From an uncultured bacterium (GTDB taxonomy: Bacteria > Planctomycetota > UBA1135 > GCA-002686595), in assembly GCA_943787795.1 (NCBI GenBank), contig CALSNU010000002.1, forward strand, positions 352,001 to 416,000: a DNA stretch of 64,000 nt, in the 5' to 3' direction. The translations under genes were made by a program, and so were the position numbers. This document shows positions 29,120 to 38,697 of the stretch, piece by piece; position 1 is the first letter of the stretch, and each line of letters begins with the position of its first letter. A model generated the notes under the pieces. The model did no database searches and was not told the DNA's origin. It saw nothing but the letters and a program-made list of their open reading frames with translations.

Positions 29120-29560
29120 ATGAACGTCGTCCACCATCAGGAACGCCGCGCGATCGAGACGCCGGGACGAGGACTCACCGATATCACCCTCGAGGTCTCG
29201 TCCATCGTCGCCCGGTCCGGCGTGGAGACCGGGCTGGCGGTCGTCTACTGCACCCACACCTCGGCCAGCCTCCTGATCCAGGAGAACGCGGACCCCAGCG
29301 CTGCGCGGGATCTGCTGGCGTGGTTCGAGCGCCTGGCACCGGACGGGGACCCGCGCTACACCCACACGCTGGAGGGGGAAGACGACATGCCCTCCCACCT
29401 GCGGGCGTCGGTCACGCGGACCTCGGAGACGATCCCGGTGGCAGCCGGGCGTCTTGTCTGTGGCCGTTGGCAGGGGCTCTTCCTCTTCGAGCACCGGACC
29501 ACGCCCCAAAGGCGAGACCTGGTGGTGCATGTTCACGGTGTGGGCTCTTCGGCGACCTGA
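29120..29560 (+). CDS. yjbQ: YjbQ/UPF0047 family protein (secondary thiamine-phosphate synthase)
   Basis: HTSASLLIQENADP, HTLEGEDDMPSHLR, GRWQGLFLFEHR. Confidence 0.9.
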   Translation: MNVVHHQERRAIETPGRGLTDITLEVSSIVARSGVETGLAVVYCTHTSASLLIQENADPSAARDLLAWFERLAPDGDPRYTHTLEGEDDMPSHLRASVTRTSETIPVAAGRLVCGRWQGLFLFEHRTTPQRRDLVVHVHGVGSSAT

Positions 29561-29587
29561 ACCGCCGAGGTCCCGCGGCGGCTTCCG

Positions 29588-31207
29588 TCAGCGCTCGGAC
29601 GCGCCGTCGTCGGTGGCCAGGCGGGCGAGACCCGGGTCGCCCGCGTCGTAGCGGCTGACCCGGAAGATCGCGTGGGAACTCTGCGGCCCACCGCCGCGGC
29701 GGCCGCCGGGGGAAACTCCAGGGGAACCTCCGGGGGGACCTCCTCCCGGAGGACCACCCCGGTCGGGGCGGCCCTGGGGCGGGCCGCTACGTCCGGCCGG
29801 TCCGCCCCGCTCGGACCCCTCGTCCGGCTTGAAGTCCTGCAGGTACTCCCAGACCACCACGTGGTCGGGGGTGACCTCCAGAACGCGGCCCTCCTCCCCG
29901 AGGCAGACGAGCGTGTTGCCGCTCTCAAGCCTCTGGACTCCGCTGATGTGCCCGTTGAAGATCGGCTCATCGCCGCCGTCCCAGGTCCAGGCGAGCTCAG
30001 GCTGGGCGGGGAGGCCATCCCCGAACCCGCCATCCTCGGTGAAGGGGATCGCGAACACGTCCGCGCTGGAGCGGTCGCCGCCCGGCCGGCCGCTGCCGTT
30101 GTTGAACACGGAGAGCTCGATGGCGCCCGCCGCGGCAAGGAACTGCGGGTCGTGCTGGTTGAACAAAACCTGCCCACCGTCCGCTCCCCAGGACGCGGGC
30201 CGCCCGAATCGATGGAGCAGATCGCCGCCGCGACCGCGCCGGCCGCCCTCGCCTGTGCGCGCCTCGGCCGTGGTAGTCGAGTGGTCGATGAACCAGATCT
30301 CGCTCGCTGAGCGGACGCTGATGGCGATCAGGTCGGTGACGGGGTCGTAGTCGATCCCGTTGGTGTGCATCCAGTCCGCTCCGCCGCTGCGGCCCCCGCG
30401 CCCGCCACGCCCGCGCCGCCCCCGGCGGGGCTCGTCGCCCCCCCCGCCGTATCCGAGGCCCCGCAGGCGCTCCTGCTCGGCGGCCTCGCGCTCGAGCTCC
30501 GCCGCCGTCCGGGGTCGCTCGCGGCGGTCGAAGTTCACGTTGATCCGGTACGGGTGCTCCGCGGGGTCGCCGTAGTTGGGCTTCTGCGGGTCACGGTCCT
30601 GGACGAGGTGATCCCACGCGTGCCACTCCCAGACCACCTCCGCCTCGGAGGCGCCAACCGGCTTGAGCTCCAGGACCGCGTCCGGCCAGATCCCGCGTTC
30701 GCCGATGCTGCCGGCGTCGCGACCGGCCGCGATGGCGTCCTCAGTGGAGACGCCCTCCCAGACGATGGCCAGGACGTTCCCGTTCGGCAGCGGCTCGATG
30801 TCGTGGTGCTGGCGGCGGCGGCTGTTGGCGAGCTGATAGTCCCACAGGAGCTCTCCGTCCCAGCCGATCCGCTGGATCCGGCCCCCCTCACCCCCGCCGC
30901 GGTACGGCGCGCTGCCCGCGTCCTTGCCACAGCGCAAGAGCGAGCCGTCCTCCAGCAGATAGGCCGAGTTGCCTGGCGTCCACTCACTGGGCCAGGAGTG
31001 AAGGGTCTCGCCAGCAACGTCCACCAGGTAGGTGGTCCGGGAACGAAGCGGCGCCACCAGCGTGGCACCACCGCCAGCCCCCTCGAGGGAGCGGAGTACT
31101 CCACGCTCCGGCTCCAAAGGAGGCCCTGGGCGAGCGCCTTCCTGGGCACTAGACGTTGAGACGAGCAGGCTGGCGAAGAGAGCGGCGGAGAGCTGAACTG
31201 GCGACAT
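29588..31207 (-). CDS. Secreted aryl-sulfate sulfotransferase (ASST)-like beta-propeller protein
   Basis: Start moved to ATG 31207 (signal peptide ending STSSA/Q). QHHDIEPLPNGNVL, VVWEWHAWDHL, DWMHTNGIDY, NQHDP, FNNG, SGVQRLESGNTL. Confidence 0.85.
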   Translation of the reverse strand: MSPVQLSAALFASLLVSTSSAQEGARPGPPLEPERGVLRSLEGAGGGATLVAPLRSRTTYLVDVAGETLHSWPSEWTPGNSAYLLEDGSLLRCGKDAGSAPYRGGGEGGRIQRIGWDGELLWDYQLANSRRRQHHDIEPLPNGNVLAIVWEGVSTEDAIAAGRDAGSIGERGIWPDAVLELKPVGASEAEVVWEWHAWDHLVQDRDPQKPNYGDPAEHPYRINVNFDRRERPRTAAELEREAAEQERLRGLGYGGGGDEPRRGRRGRGGRGGRSGGADWMHTNGIDYDPVTDLIAISVRSASEIWFIDHSTTTAEARTGEGGRRGRGGDLLHRFGRPASWGADGGQVLFNQHDPQFLAAAGAIELSVFNNGSGRPGGDRSSADVFAIPFTEDGGFGDGLPAQPELAWTWDGGDEPIFNGHISGVQRLESGNTLVCLGEEGRVLEVTPDHVVVWEYLQDFKPDEGSERGGPAGRSGPPQGRPDRGGPPGGGPPGGSPGVSPGGRRGGGPQSSHAIFRVSRYDAGDPGLARLATDDGASER

Positions 31208-31286
31208 CAGACCGAGCCTAGACGCCTGATCGCTGCCCCGCCCGTCCATCCTCAGGGTCGCTTCATCGACCGCTCCGGGGAGCCCT

Positions 31287-32546
31287 TCAAAGTCGAGCGT
31301 GGAGCTTCTCGAAGACGTTGGCGCCGTCCGCGCGCAGCCCGTCGTGCTCGTGCTCGTTGGTGATCCAGGGCTCGAGCCCCTTGATCCTGCCCGCGGTCTC
31401 GATGGAGAGGTCGGCGGGCACGAACATGTCGTCGTGGTAGACAAGGGCCGCCACCGGGACCTTGTTTCGCCCGAGGACCTCGGGGTCGTACAGCGCGGGC
31501 CAGTCCGACTTCGCGGCGAGCAGCTCCCCCACCTCGGCGAGGCTCTGCAAGGCGCTGAACTGCTCCAAGAACCAGGGGTACACCATCTCGCCGGTGAACA
31601 TCGGCGCGCGCGGCGCGACCGACGGTGCGAACTCGGGGTGCTCCTCGCGCACGCGATGGGCGGCCCAGGCGGTGGGCCCTCCCTGGGCGTAGCACGCCTC
31701 GTGGAGGATGGCGTAGAAGGGGTTCGTATCGAAGGACTGAAGACCCTCGACCCCGCGCAAGAAGGAACGTGAGAACGAGTCCGTCCCGGGAACGAAGGCC
31801 CGCTCGAACAGGTAGTGAAGCTGGGCCGCACCGTACGAGAAGCCGAGCTGGCTCCCCACGAGCTGGAGGCGCTCGGGGGTGAGCGCATCGCCGCAGGGGA
31901 GGGCGACGCCCCCGCGCTCAAGGCGCTCGAAGACGGCGCGCGCGCGCCCCTCCAGCTCAGGAAAGCGCTCGAAGAGCTGCTGGTTCTTGGTCCGGGTGAG
32001 CGGGTAGGTGCGCCGGTAGACGTCCTCTGCCCCCGTATCGAGGCCCGGCAGGCCGCCGGTGATCATCACGCCGGCGAGGCCGTCGGGAGCGGTGGAGAGG
32101 TAGTGCACCGCACAGAAGCCGCCGAAGCTCTGGCCTAGCACCGTCCAGCGCTCGACGCCGAGCTCCTCACGGATCGCCTCACAGTCGCGAACGATGGCGT
32201 CCGCGCGGAAGCGCGCCAGGTGCTCTGCCTGCGCCGCGGCGCCGCTGATCGCGGTGATGTTCTCCGGAGTCTGGGGGGTGCTCCGTCCGGTCCCCCGCTG
32301 ATCCAGCAAGAGGACCCGATAACGCTCGATGGCCTTGCTCAACCACCCGCCGGACGCGAGCGGACGCGGGCTCTCGAACCCCGGGCCGCCCTGGAGGAAG
32401 ACGAGCCACGGGCGGTCGCGGTGCGCCCCGTCCCCCGAGAGGACCTCGCGGCCGAAGACCTCGATCGCTCCGCCCGCAGGGTCGTCGTGATCCAGGGGCA
32501 GGCGGAAGAGGTGGTCCTCGAAGTGGAAGCCGGGGATGCGATACAT
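31287..32546 (-). CDS. pip: Proline iminopeptidase (S33, alpha/beta hydrolase)
   Basis: FLQGGPG, LDQRGTGRS, FRADAIVRD, GQSFGGF nucleophile elbow, YHDDMFV, EHDGLR. Confidence 0.88.
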   Translation of the reverse strand: MYRIPGFHFEDHLFRLPLDHDDPAGGAIEVFGREVLSGDGAHRDRPWLVFLQGGPGFESPRPLASGGWLSKAIERYRVLLLDQRGTGRSTPQTPENITAISGAAAQAEHLARFRADAIVRDCEAIREELGVERWTVLGQSFGGFCAVHYLSTAPDGLAGVMITGGLPGLDTGAEDVYRRTYPLTRTKNQQLFERFPELEGRARAVFERLERGGVALPCGDALTPERLQLVGSQLGFSYGAAQLHYLFERAFVPGTDSFSRSFLRGVEGLQSFDTNPFYAILHEACYAQGGPTAWAAHRVREEHPEFAPSVAPRAPMFTGEMVYPWFLEQFSALQSLAEVGELLAAKSDWPALYDPEVLGRNKVPVAALVYHDDMFVPADLSIETAGRIKGLEPWITNEHEHDGLRADGANVFEKLHARL

Positions 32547-32606
32547 GGGAGAGGAGCGGCCCGCGAGAGGCGGCGCTGCGCCGACAGTATGACCGGCCCG
32601 CGAGGA

Positions 32607-33806
32607 TCAGGTCCGAGAAGCCTCTCCCTCGGCCACCAGCCCCGCCGCGAGGCGCTCGTAGTCCGCGCGGTCATTGTAGACCTGAGCCGAGATCCGGACC
32701 CAACGCCGACCCTTGACGGGCCAGTGCACGATGGGCACCTCGACCCGATGCCGCTCGAAGAGGGCGAGCTGAAGGGGATCCACCCGCCCGCTGGGCGGGG
32801 CGTCTGCGGTGGAGGCTGGGAGCGGAAGCGTCACGAGGGAGCCCCGCATGGAATCCGGCGCCGGAGGCTGGACCCCGAGGGCCTCGCAGAGGATCCCCTG
32901 GCCCTCGAGAACCAGGGCTCGGTTGTGGGCTCGCACCGCGGGGAGGCCACCAGGCAGGACCCCCTCCAGGAAGTCGATGGCGCTGGGCACCGCGAGGAGC
33001 GGGGAGGGGTCGAAGGTGCCGGTCCAGTCAAACTCTGCGATGAAGCGCGAGCGGCCGGGAGCGGGGGTGTTCGCCGCGTGGCTGATGACGCACGGGCGGA
33101 CCGAGCCCTGGAGCTCGGGGCGAACGTGGAGGAAGCCCGAGACCTTGGGGCCGCACAGCCACTTGTGCAGGTTGCCCGTGGTGTAGTCCGCGCCGACCTG
33201 CTCCAGGTTCATGGGGAGCATCCCGGGCCCGTGGGCCGCGTCCACCAGGGTCCGGATGCCCCGCGCCCGGGCCGCTCGGACGATGTCGTCCACCGGCAAG
33301 ATCAGCCCGGTGGGGCTGGTGACGTGGTCCACCAGCAAGAGCCGCGTTCGCTCGCAGCACGCCGCAGCGATCGCCGCTGCCGCCTCGGCGGGGTCCTCGA
33401 TGGGAAAGGGGATCTCGGCCACCGAGACCTCCGCCCCCGCGCGCTCGGCCACGTAGCGCGCCGCGTTGCTGCAGGCGTTGTACCCGTGGCTGGTGATGAC
33501 GATGCGGTCGCCTGCCTCGAGCTTGAACGAGCGCAGCACCGCGTTGACACCGTCGGTGGCGTTGCGGACAAAGGCGAGGTCCTCGGCGGGACACCCGAGG
33601 AGGCCCCCGAGGCGCGTCCGCACCGCGTCCAGCTTCCCGTAGAGGCTGCGCTCCGGCGCGAGATAGTGGATGGGATCCCGCTCCTGAGCGTCCCGCTCTC
33701 GCCGCTGGGCCTCGAGCACCACGTGGGGCGCCGCGCCGAAGGAGCCGTGGTTCAGGAAGGCAACCTCAGGATTGAGGCTCCAGTGTCGAGCGAGCGTCTG
33801 ATTCAT
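32607..33806 (-). CDS. Class V PLP aminotransferase-fold enzyme (isopenicillin N epimerase/C-S lyase-like)
   Basis: FLNHGSFGA, NATDGVN, DHVTSPTG, VDAAHGPG, GNLHKWLC, WTGTFD, RISAQVYN. Confidence 0.88.
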   Translation of the reverse strand: MNQTLARHWSLNPEVAFLNHGSFGAAPHVVLEAQRRERDAQERDPIHYLAPERSLYGKLDAVRTRLGGLLGCPAEDLAFVRNATDGVNAVLRSFKLEAGDRIVITSHGYNACSNAARYVAERAGAEVSVAEIPFPIEDPAEAAAAIAAACCERTRLLLVDHVTSPTGLILPVDDIVRAARARGIRTLVDAAHGPGMLPMNLEQVGADYTTGNLHKWLCGPKVSGFLHVRPELQGSVRPCVISHAANTPAPGRSRFIAEFDWTGTFDPSPLLAVPSAIDFLEGVLPGGLPAVRAHNRALVLEGQGILCEALGVQPPAPDSMRGSLVTLPLPASTADAPPSGRVDPLQLALFERHRVEVPIVHWPVKGRRWVRISAQVYNDRADYERLAAGLVAEGEASRT

Positions 33807-34594
33807 CGGGTCCAGGTGAGGTGGGCGATCAGCGGGATGTGGTCCGAGCAGCGGAAGGAGTCCATCCAGGCCGCGTGGACCGGTACGAGGCCCCGGACGA
33901 AGAGCCGGTCGAGGTGCAGGCGGTGGTCCAAGCCCAGGGTCTCCCGCGCCTTGCGCAGCGGGATCCGGCCCTTGGTCCCCCCCGGGAAGTCCGGAGCGAC
34001 CTCCTCCAGATCGAGGGCGTGAGCGAGGTCCTGGACCGCCCCCATGCGTCGGTCGTTCCAGGTATTGAAGTCACCCGCGACCACCACCGGCCCGCGGAGG
34101 TGAGCCACCCGCTCCCGGAGCTCGCCCAGCTGTCGCGCCAGCTGACGTCCGGTGGGATCAAAGTTCAGCCCGTGGACGTTCACGAGGCACAGCTCTCGAC
34201 CGTCGCTGAGGGGGAGCTGAGAGATCAGCGCCGCCTTGGGCGTCAGGAGGCGCAGCTCGCGCTCGGAGGAGCGCACCCGGTGGGCCGTCCGAACCGCCGC
34301 GCGAGCGACGGTCATCACGCCCTCCTCCGGGCCCACGAGGCCGCGACGGAAGCTGGTGGCGTGGTGACCGGCGAACCCGACGGGGATTGGCAGCTCCGGG
34401 CGCGCCTCCTGCAGGGCCAGCACGTGGGGGGCGCGCTCCTCCACGAGGCGCCCGAGCTCGGCTGCGAGGCCAGGGTCCAGGGCCTTGTGGATGTTCCACG
34501 AGACCACGCACAGGTCCTCGTCCGTGCGAATGAGCGGCTCGGAGCGGCCGGCCTGGAGACCGACGGGCGTCGCGTCAGCCTCACCCGGCATCAC
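33803..34594 (-). CDS. Endonuclease/exonuclease/phosphatase family protein (YafD-like)
   Basis: SWNIHK, LQEA, NVHGLNF, AGDFNTW, LDRLF, SDHIPL; overlaps the topA stop. Confidence 0.88.
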   Translation of the reverse strand: MMPGEADATPVGLQAGRSEPLIRTDEDLCVVSWNIHKALDPGLAAELGRLVEERAPHVLALQEARPELPIPVGFAGHHATSFRRGLVGPEEGVMTVARAAVRTAHRVRSSERELRLLTPKAALISQLPLSDGRELCLVNVHGLNFDPTGRQLARQLGELRERVAHLRGPVVVAGDFNTWNDRRMGAVQDLAHALDLEEVAPDFPGGTKGRIPLRKARETLGLDHRLHLDRLFVRGLVPVHAAWMDSFRCSDHIPLIAHLTWTR

Positions 34595-37380
34595 GACTCG
34601 TCAGCGGCTCCCTCGTTGGCGGCTCCCTCGTTGGCGGCTCCCTCGTTGGCGTCGCTGGCGTTCGCGGCCTTCTTGCGCGTGGGCGCCTTCTTGGAGGCCT
34701 TCTTCTTCGAGGTCGACTTCTTGGCGGCCTTCTTCTTGGTCGTCTTCTTCTTGGCGGCCTTCTTCTTCGCGGCCTTCTTCTTGGTCTTCTTCTTCTTGCC
34801 CTTCTTCTCGCGCTGCACCGCGAGCAGCTCGAGGGCGTGGTCCACCGTCAGCGACTCGGGGTTCTCCATGTCGCGCGGCAGGGAGGCGTTCACCTCGCCA
34901 TCGCTCACGTAGGGGCCGTAGCGCCCCTTCAGGAGCTTGATCGAGGCGCCGTCGAGGGCCTCGACGTTCTCGAAGACCTTGATGGGCTCGGGCGTGGAGC
35001 GGCCACGCCCCTTCTTCTCCTGGGCGAGGAGCGCGAGGGCTCGCTCGTTCGTGATCGAGAGGAGGTGATCCTCCGCTTCGAGGCTCCGGGTGTCCGCGCC
35101 GCGCTTGATGTACGGGCCGTAGCGACCGTTATGGGCGAGGATCTCCACGCCGTCCGCGTCCGTCCCGAGGTTCCGCGGGAGGGATGCGAGGGCGATGGCC
35201 ACCTCGAGATCGACGTCCTCGACGCCCATGCCCTTCAGGAGCGAGACCATCTTGGGCTTCTCCTTCTTGTCCTCGGTCTGGTCGCCGAGCTGGACATAGG
35301 GCCCGTAGCGGCCGGTCTTGATGTAGATCGGCAGGCTGCTCTCGGGGTGGTGGCCGATGGGCTCGTCGCCCTTGGCCTTGGCCGCCAGGATCTTCTCGGC
35401 GAACTCCACCGTGACCTCGTCGGGCGCGGTCTCATCCGGGAGCGGAGCGGTGGTCTCACCGCGCTGGAGGAACGGGCCGTAGCGGCCGACGCGGACGATG
35501 ACGTCCTCACCGTCGGCGTTCTTGCCGATGGCGATGGAGCACACCGTACGCGGGTCGATGTCCTCGGCCTTCTCCTCGAGCATGGGGCGCAGCCCGGGGG
35601 AGACGTCGAGGCCGCTCTCATAGAACTTCCGCAGGTACGGGAGCATCTCGTCCTCGCCGCGGGAGATCGCGTCGAGGGCGGCCTCCATGGAGGCGGTGAA
35701 GCTGGGGTCGATCAGGTGACCCATGTGCTGCTCCATGAGCGACACCACGGCGAAGGCCGTGAAGGTCGGCACCAGGGCCGACCCCTTCTTGAAGGTGTAG
35801 TCGCGCCGGAGAATGGTGTCGATGATCGAGGCGTAGGTGCTCGGACGACCGATCCCCTCTTCCTCGAGCATCTTCACGAGGGTCGCCTCGGTGAGCCGCG
35901 CGGGCGGCGAGGTGTGGTGCTCCTCGGCGGAGATCTCGGACCCCTTCGCGGTGTCGCCCTGAGCGACCGGCGGGAGCACGGTCTCCCGCTCGGCGAGCGC
36001 GGAATCAGGGTCGTCGGCGCCCTCGACGTAGGCCCGGAGGAAGCCGGGGAAGTCGATCACGTTGCCGTTGGCCTGGAAGACGGCCTGGATCGTCCCATCC
36101 GCCTCGCCGACCTTGAGCACCATGCGGCGCCCCTTGGCGTCCTTCATCTGACAGGCGAGCGTGCGCTTCCAGACCAGGTCGTAGACCTTCGCCTCGTCCT
36201 CGCCGAGCACCTTGCGGATCTCGGAGGTCGGCACGATCTTGTCGCCCGCCGGGCGGATGGCCTCGTGGGCCTCCTGCGCGTTCTGGACCTTGCCCTTGTA
36301 CATGCGCGGCTTGTCCGGGAGGAACTCGGCGCCGTACGTGGACTCGACCGCGTCCCGGGTCAGCTCGATGGCGAGCGTCGAGAGCGTCACCGAGTCGGTC
36401 CGCATGTAGGTGATGAAGCCGTTCTCGTACAGCCGCTGGGCGGCCCGCATGGTGCGCTTCGCATCGAAGCGGAGCTTGCGGTTCCCCTCCTGCTGGAGCG
36501 TGGAGGTCGTGAAGGGCGGCGAGGGGGTGCGGGTGAAGGGCTTCTCCTCGGCCGAGATGACCTTGAAGTCGCCGGCGTCCAGCTTCTCCCGGAGCGCCTT
36601 GGCCCCCGCCGAGTCCAGCAGCGTCACGTCATCGCGCTTCAGCTTGCCGGTGTCCGGGTCGAAGTCCTTGCCGCTCGCGACGCGCTTGCCGCCGAGCGAG
36701 TTCAGGCGAGCCTCAAACTCCTTGCCTTCGCCGTCGCCGCTGGTCGCGGTGAAGCGCGCCGTGAGGTCCCAGTACTCCGCGTCCACGAAGCGCATGCGCG
36801 CACGCTCGCGGTCCACGATGATCTTCGTGGCGACGCTCTGGACCCGACCGGCCGAGAGGCGCGGCTTGATCTTGCGCCAGAGGATGGGCGATACCTCGTA
36901 GCCATAGAGGCGGTCGAGGATGCGTCGACTCTCCTGGGCCTCGACCATGTCCTTGTCGATCTCCCGGGTGTCCTGGAGGGCCTCAAGGACCGCGCCCTTG
37001 GTGATCTCGTGGAACACCATGCGCTCGTAGGGGACCTTGAGCCCGAGCACCTCGACGAGGTGCCACGAGATCGCCTCGCCCTCACGATCCTCATCCGTCG
37101 CCAGCAGGACGCGGTCGACATCGGAGAGCATCGACTTCAGCTCGGAGATCTTCTTCTTCTTCGCCGGCTGGACAACGTAGAGCGGCTTGAAGTCGTCCTC
37201 GACGTTGACGCCAAGCCTTGCCCACTTCTCCTTCTTGAACTTGGCGGGGATCTCCGCCGCGTTCGCCGGGAGGTCACGGATGTGCCCGACGCTCGACTCG
37301 ACGATGAAGTCCTTACCCAGGAACTTCTTGAGGGTCTTCGCCTTGGTGGGCGACTCGACGATGACGAGGGTCTTGGACAT
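34591..37380 (-). CDS. topA: DNA topoisomerase I with Zn-free C-terminal repeats and a Lys-rich tail
   Basis: LVIVESPTKAKT, ATDEDREGEAI, SAGRVQS, ITYMRTDS (catalytic Tyr), AQEAHEAIRP, GIGRPSTYA; four GRYGP repeats. Confidence 0.97.
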   Translation of the reverse strand: MSKTLVIVESPTKAKTLKKFLGKDFIVESSVGHIRDLPANAAEIPAKFKKEKWARLGVNVEDDFKPLYVVQPAKKKKISELKSMLSDVDRVLLATDEDREGEAISWHLVEVLGLKVPYERMVFHEITKGAVLEALQDTREIDKDMVEAQESRRILDRLYGYEVSPILWRKIKPRLSAGRVQSVATKIIVDRERARMRFVDAEYWDLTARFTATSGDGEGKEFEARLNSLGGKRVASGKDFDPDTGKLKRDDVTLLDSAGAKALREKLDAGDFKVISAEEKPFTRTPSPPFTTSTLQQEGNRKLRFDAKRTMRAAQRLYENGFITYMRTDSVTLSTLAIELTRDAVESTYGAEFLPDKPRMYKGKVQNAQEAHEAIRPAGDKIVPTSEIRKVLGEDEAKVYDLVWKRTLACQMKDAKGRRMVLKVGEADGTIQAVFQANGNVIDFPGFLRAYVEGADDPDSALAERETVLPPVAQGDTAKGSEISAEEHHTSPPARLTEATLVKMLEEEGIGRPSTYASIIDTILRRDYTFKKGSALVPTFTAFAVVSLMEQHMGHLIDPSFTASMEAALDAISRGEDEMLPYLRKFYESGLDVSPGLRPMLEEKAEDIDPRTVCSIAIGKNADGEDVIVRVGRYGPFLQRGETTAPLPDETAPDEVTVEFAEKILAAKAKGDEPIGHHPESSLPIYIKTGRYGPYVQLGDQTEDKKEKPKMVSLLKGMGVEDVDLEVAIALASLPRNLGTDADGVEILAHNGRYGPYIKRGADTRSLEAEDHLLSITNERALALLAQEKKGRGRSTPEPIKVFENVEALDGASIKLLKGRYGPYVSDGEVNASLPRDMENPESLTVDHALELLAVQREKKGKKKKTKKKAAKKKAAKKKTTKKKAAKKSTSKKKASKKAPTRKKAANASDANEGAANEGAANEGAADES
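34605..34650 (-). repeat. 15-nt tandem repeat (x3) encoding ANEGA at the TopA C-terminus
   Basis: ggctccctcgttggc repeated three times on the + strand. Confidence 0.85.
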
Positions 37381-37472
37381 GGGTGGGGAGAGTGGTCCAG
37401 GGCGTCCGAACCAAAGGCGGCTCGGGGTCTGGGGAGGGGCGGCGCTTGGCGTCTATATACACGAACCTGGCA

Positions 37473-37606
37473 GGCGCCCCTTTCGACTGGCGGAAGGGGC
37501 GCCCCCGTGGATGGAGGCGCGGGAGTCTAGCGCTCCTTTCGTCCTCGGGGGGTCCATCTCTCCTGTGGACGGAAACCAGTGGCTTTTCTCCCTCGCTCGC
37601 CTGGAA
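37473..37606 (+). promoter_or_regulatory. Candidate structured leader of folE2 with ZMP/ZTP (pfl) riboswitch-like elements
   Basis: GACTGGCG at 37485-37492, a short GGGG-cg-CCCC stem followed by GTGGA, and GCTCGCCTGG near 37595-37604, whose CGCC could pair with GGCG. A -10-like TATATA lies at 37454-37459. The predicted P3 stem is weak. Confidence 0.35.
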
Positions 37607-37725
37607 CTTCGCTCTGGCCTCGCGGCCGGCCCCACCTCAGGCCCGGAATCGAGAAGCGGACGACTCCCGCGCGGGTTCACAAGAGATTGCGCCTCCCTCG
37701 TCGCCATCCCGGCGAAACTTTGACC

Positions 37726-38649
37726 ATGTTCAAGGATTCAGACCTCGTCGACGCGCCCAGCCGCGTCAGTGCCCAGGCTTCCAGTTCCATCCCCATGAGC
37801 GATCCCCGTCGCCTCTCCGAGAGCGCGAGCCGCCCCGAGAAGACCCCCGTTGGCCCGCTAGAAGACGTCCAGGGCCGCGGTGACGTCCGGGGAATCCGAC
37901 TCGAGTGCGCCGGCGTCACGGACGTGCGCTACCCCGCGACCGCGGTCGACCCCGACGGCATCGAGCGCTCAACCATCGTCAAGATGGAGATGTCCGTCGT
38001 CGTGCCGCCCGAGTCCAAGGGCACGCACATGAGCCGCTTCATCGAGATCGTGCAGGCCGACGACCGGCAGCTGGGTCCCGAAGCCGTGCTCCGCATGCTC
38101 CGCGAGATGCAGGGCCGGCTCGACGCCGCAGAGGCGCGGCTCGTCCTCGAGTACCCGATGTTCATGGAGCGCGAAGCACCGGTCTCGAAGTCCAAGGGCA
38201 TGATCGACATCGACTGCGGATTCGTGGGCCTCATCAACGGGGACGAGATCGACCTGGTCCAGAAGGCCGTGGTGACGGTCACCAGCCTCTGCCCCTGCAG
38301 CAAGGAGATCAGCGACTACGGCGCCCATAACCAGCGCGGCGCGGTCACCGTCGAGGTCCGGACCCTCAAGGACAAGAACGGCACCCCCGTCACGCTCCCC
38401 ATGGGCGACCTCATCTTCGCCGCCGAGGAGAGCGCCTCCTGTCGGATCTACCCGGTGCTGAAGCGCCCCGATGAGCGCTGGATCACGATGGAGGCCTACG
38501 AAAACCCGGTGTTCGTGGAGGACATGGTCCGTGGCGTCGCCGAGCGGCTCCAGGCCGACGAGCGCGTCGCCTCCTTCCGGGTCCACGCCCGGAACTTCGA
38601 GAGTATCCACGGCCACGACGCCTTTGCGGAGACGTCCTGGAGCCGCTGA
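37726..38649 (+). CDS. folE2: GTP cyclohydrolase IB
   Basis: Start moved to ATG 37726 (or 37795). DVQ, KGTHMSRF, TSLCPCSKEISDYGAHNQR, LKRPDE, NPVFVEDMVR, ESIHGHDA. Confidence 0.95.
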   Translation: MFKDSDLVDAPSRVSAQASSSIPMSDPRRLSESASRPEKTPVGPLEDVQGRGDVRGIRLECAGVTDVRYPATAVDPDGIERSTIVKMEMSVVVPPESKGTHMSRFIEIVQADDRQLGPEAVLRMLREMQGRLDAAEARLVLEYPMFMEREAPVSKSKGMIDIDCGFVGLINGDEIDLVQKAVVTVTSLCPCSKEISDYGAHNQRGAVTVEVRTLKDKNGTPVTLPMGDLIFAAEESASCRIYPVLKRPDERWITMEAYENPVFVEDMVRGVAERLQADERVASFRVHARNFESIHGHDAFAETSWSR

Positions 38650-38697
38650 AGGCGCGCCGGTCGGCGGCGGGCGGAATCGAGTAGCTTCTGAGGCGCG

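Noticed and set aside
31208..31921. Long N-terminal extensions in the ORF track (ASST to 31921, Maf to 41049, TPR to 47106, propeller to 49811, H-NOX to 2700)
   Set aside because: They overlap neighbouring genes or intergenic DNA; downstream starts give proper signal peptides or family N-termini.
32607..33806. Beta-lactam biosynthesis (cefD)
   Set aside because: No ACV synthetase or isopenicillin N synthase is nearby, and the family includes widespread C-S lyases.
34837..37530. 897-aa + strand ORF, and similar long antisense ORFs (32220..34022, 41342..43291, 58073..60010, 15682..16917, 6465..7814)
   Set aside because: They are shadow frames of well-supported genes on the opposite strand. 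High GC3 bias removes stops, and they show no recognisable motifs.
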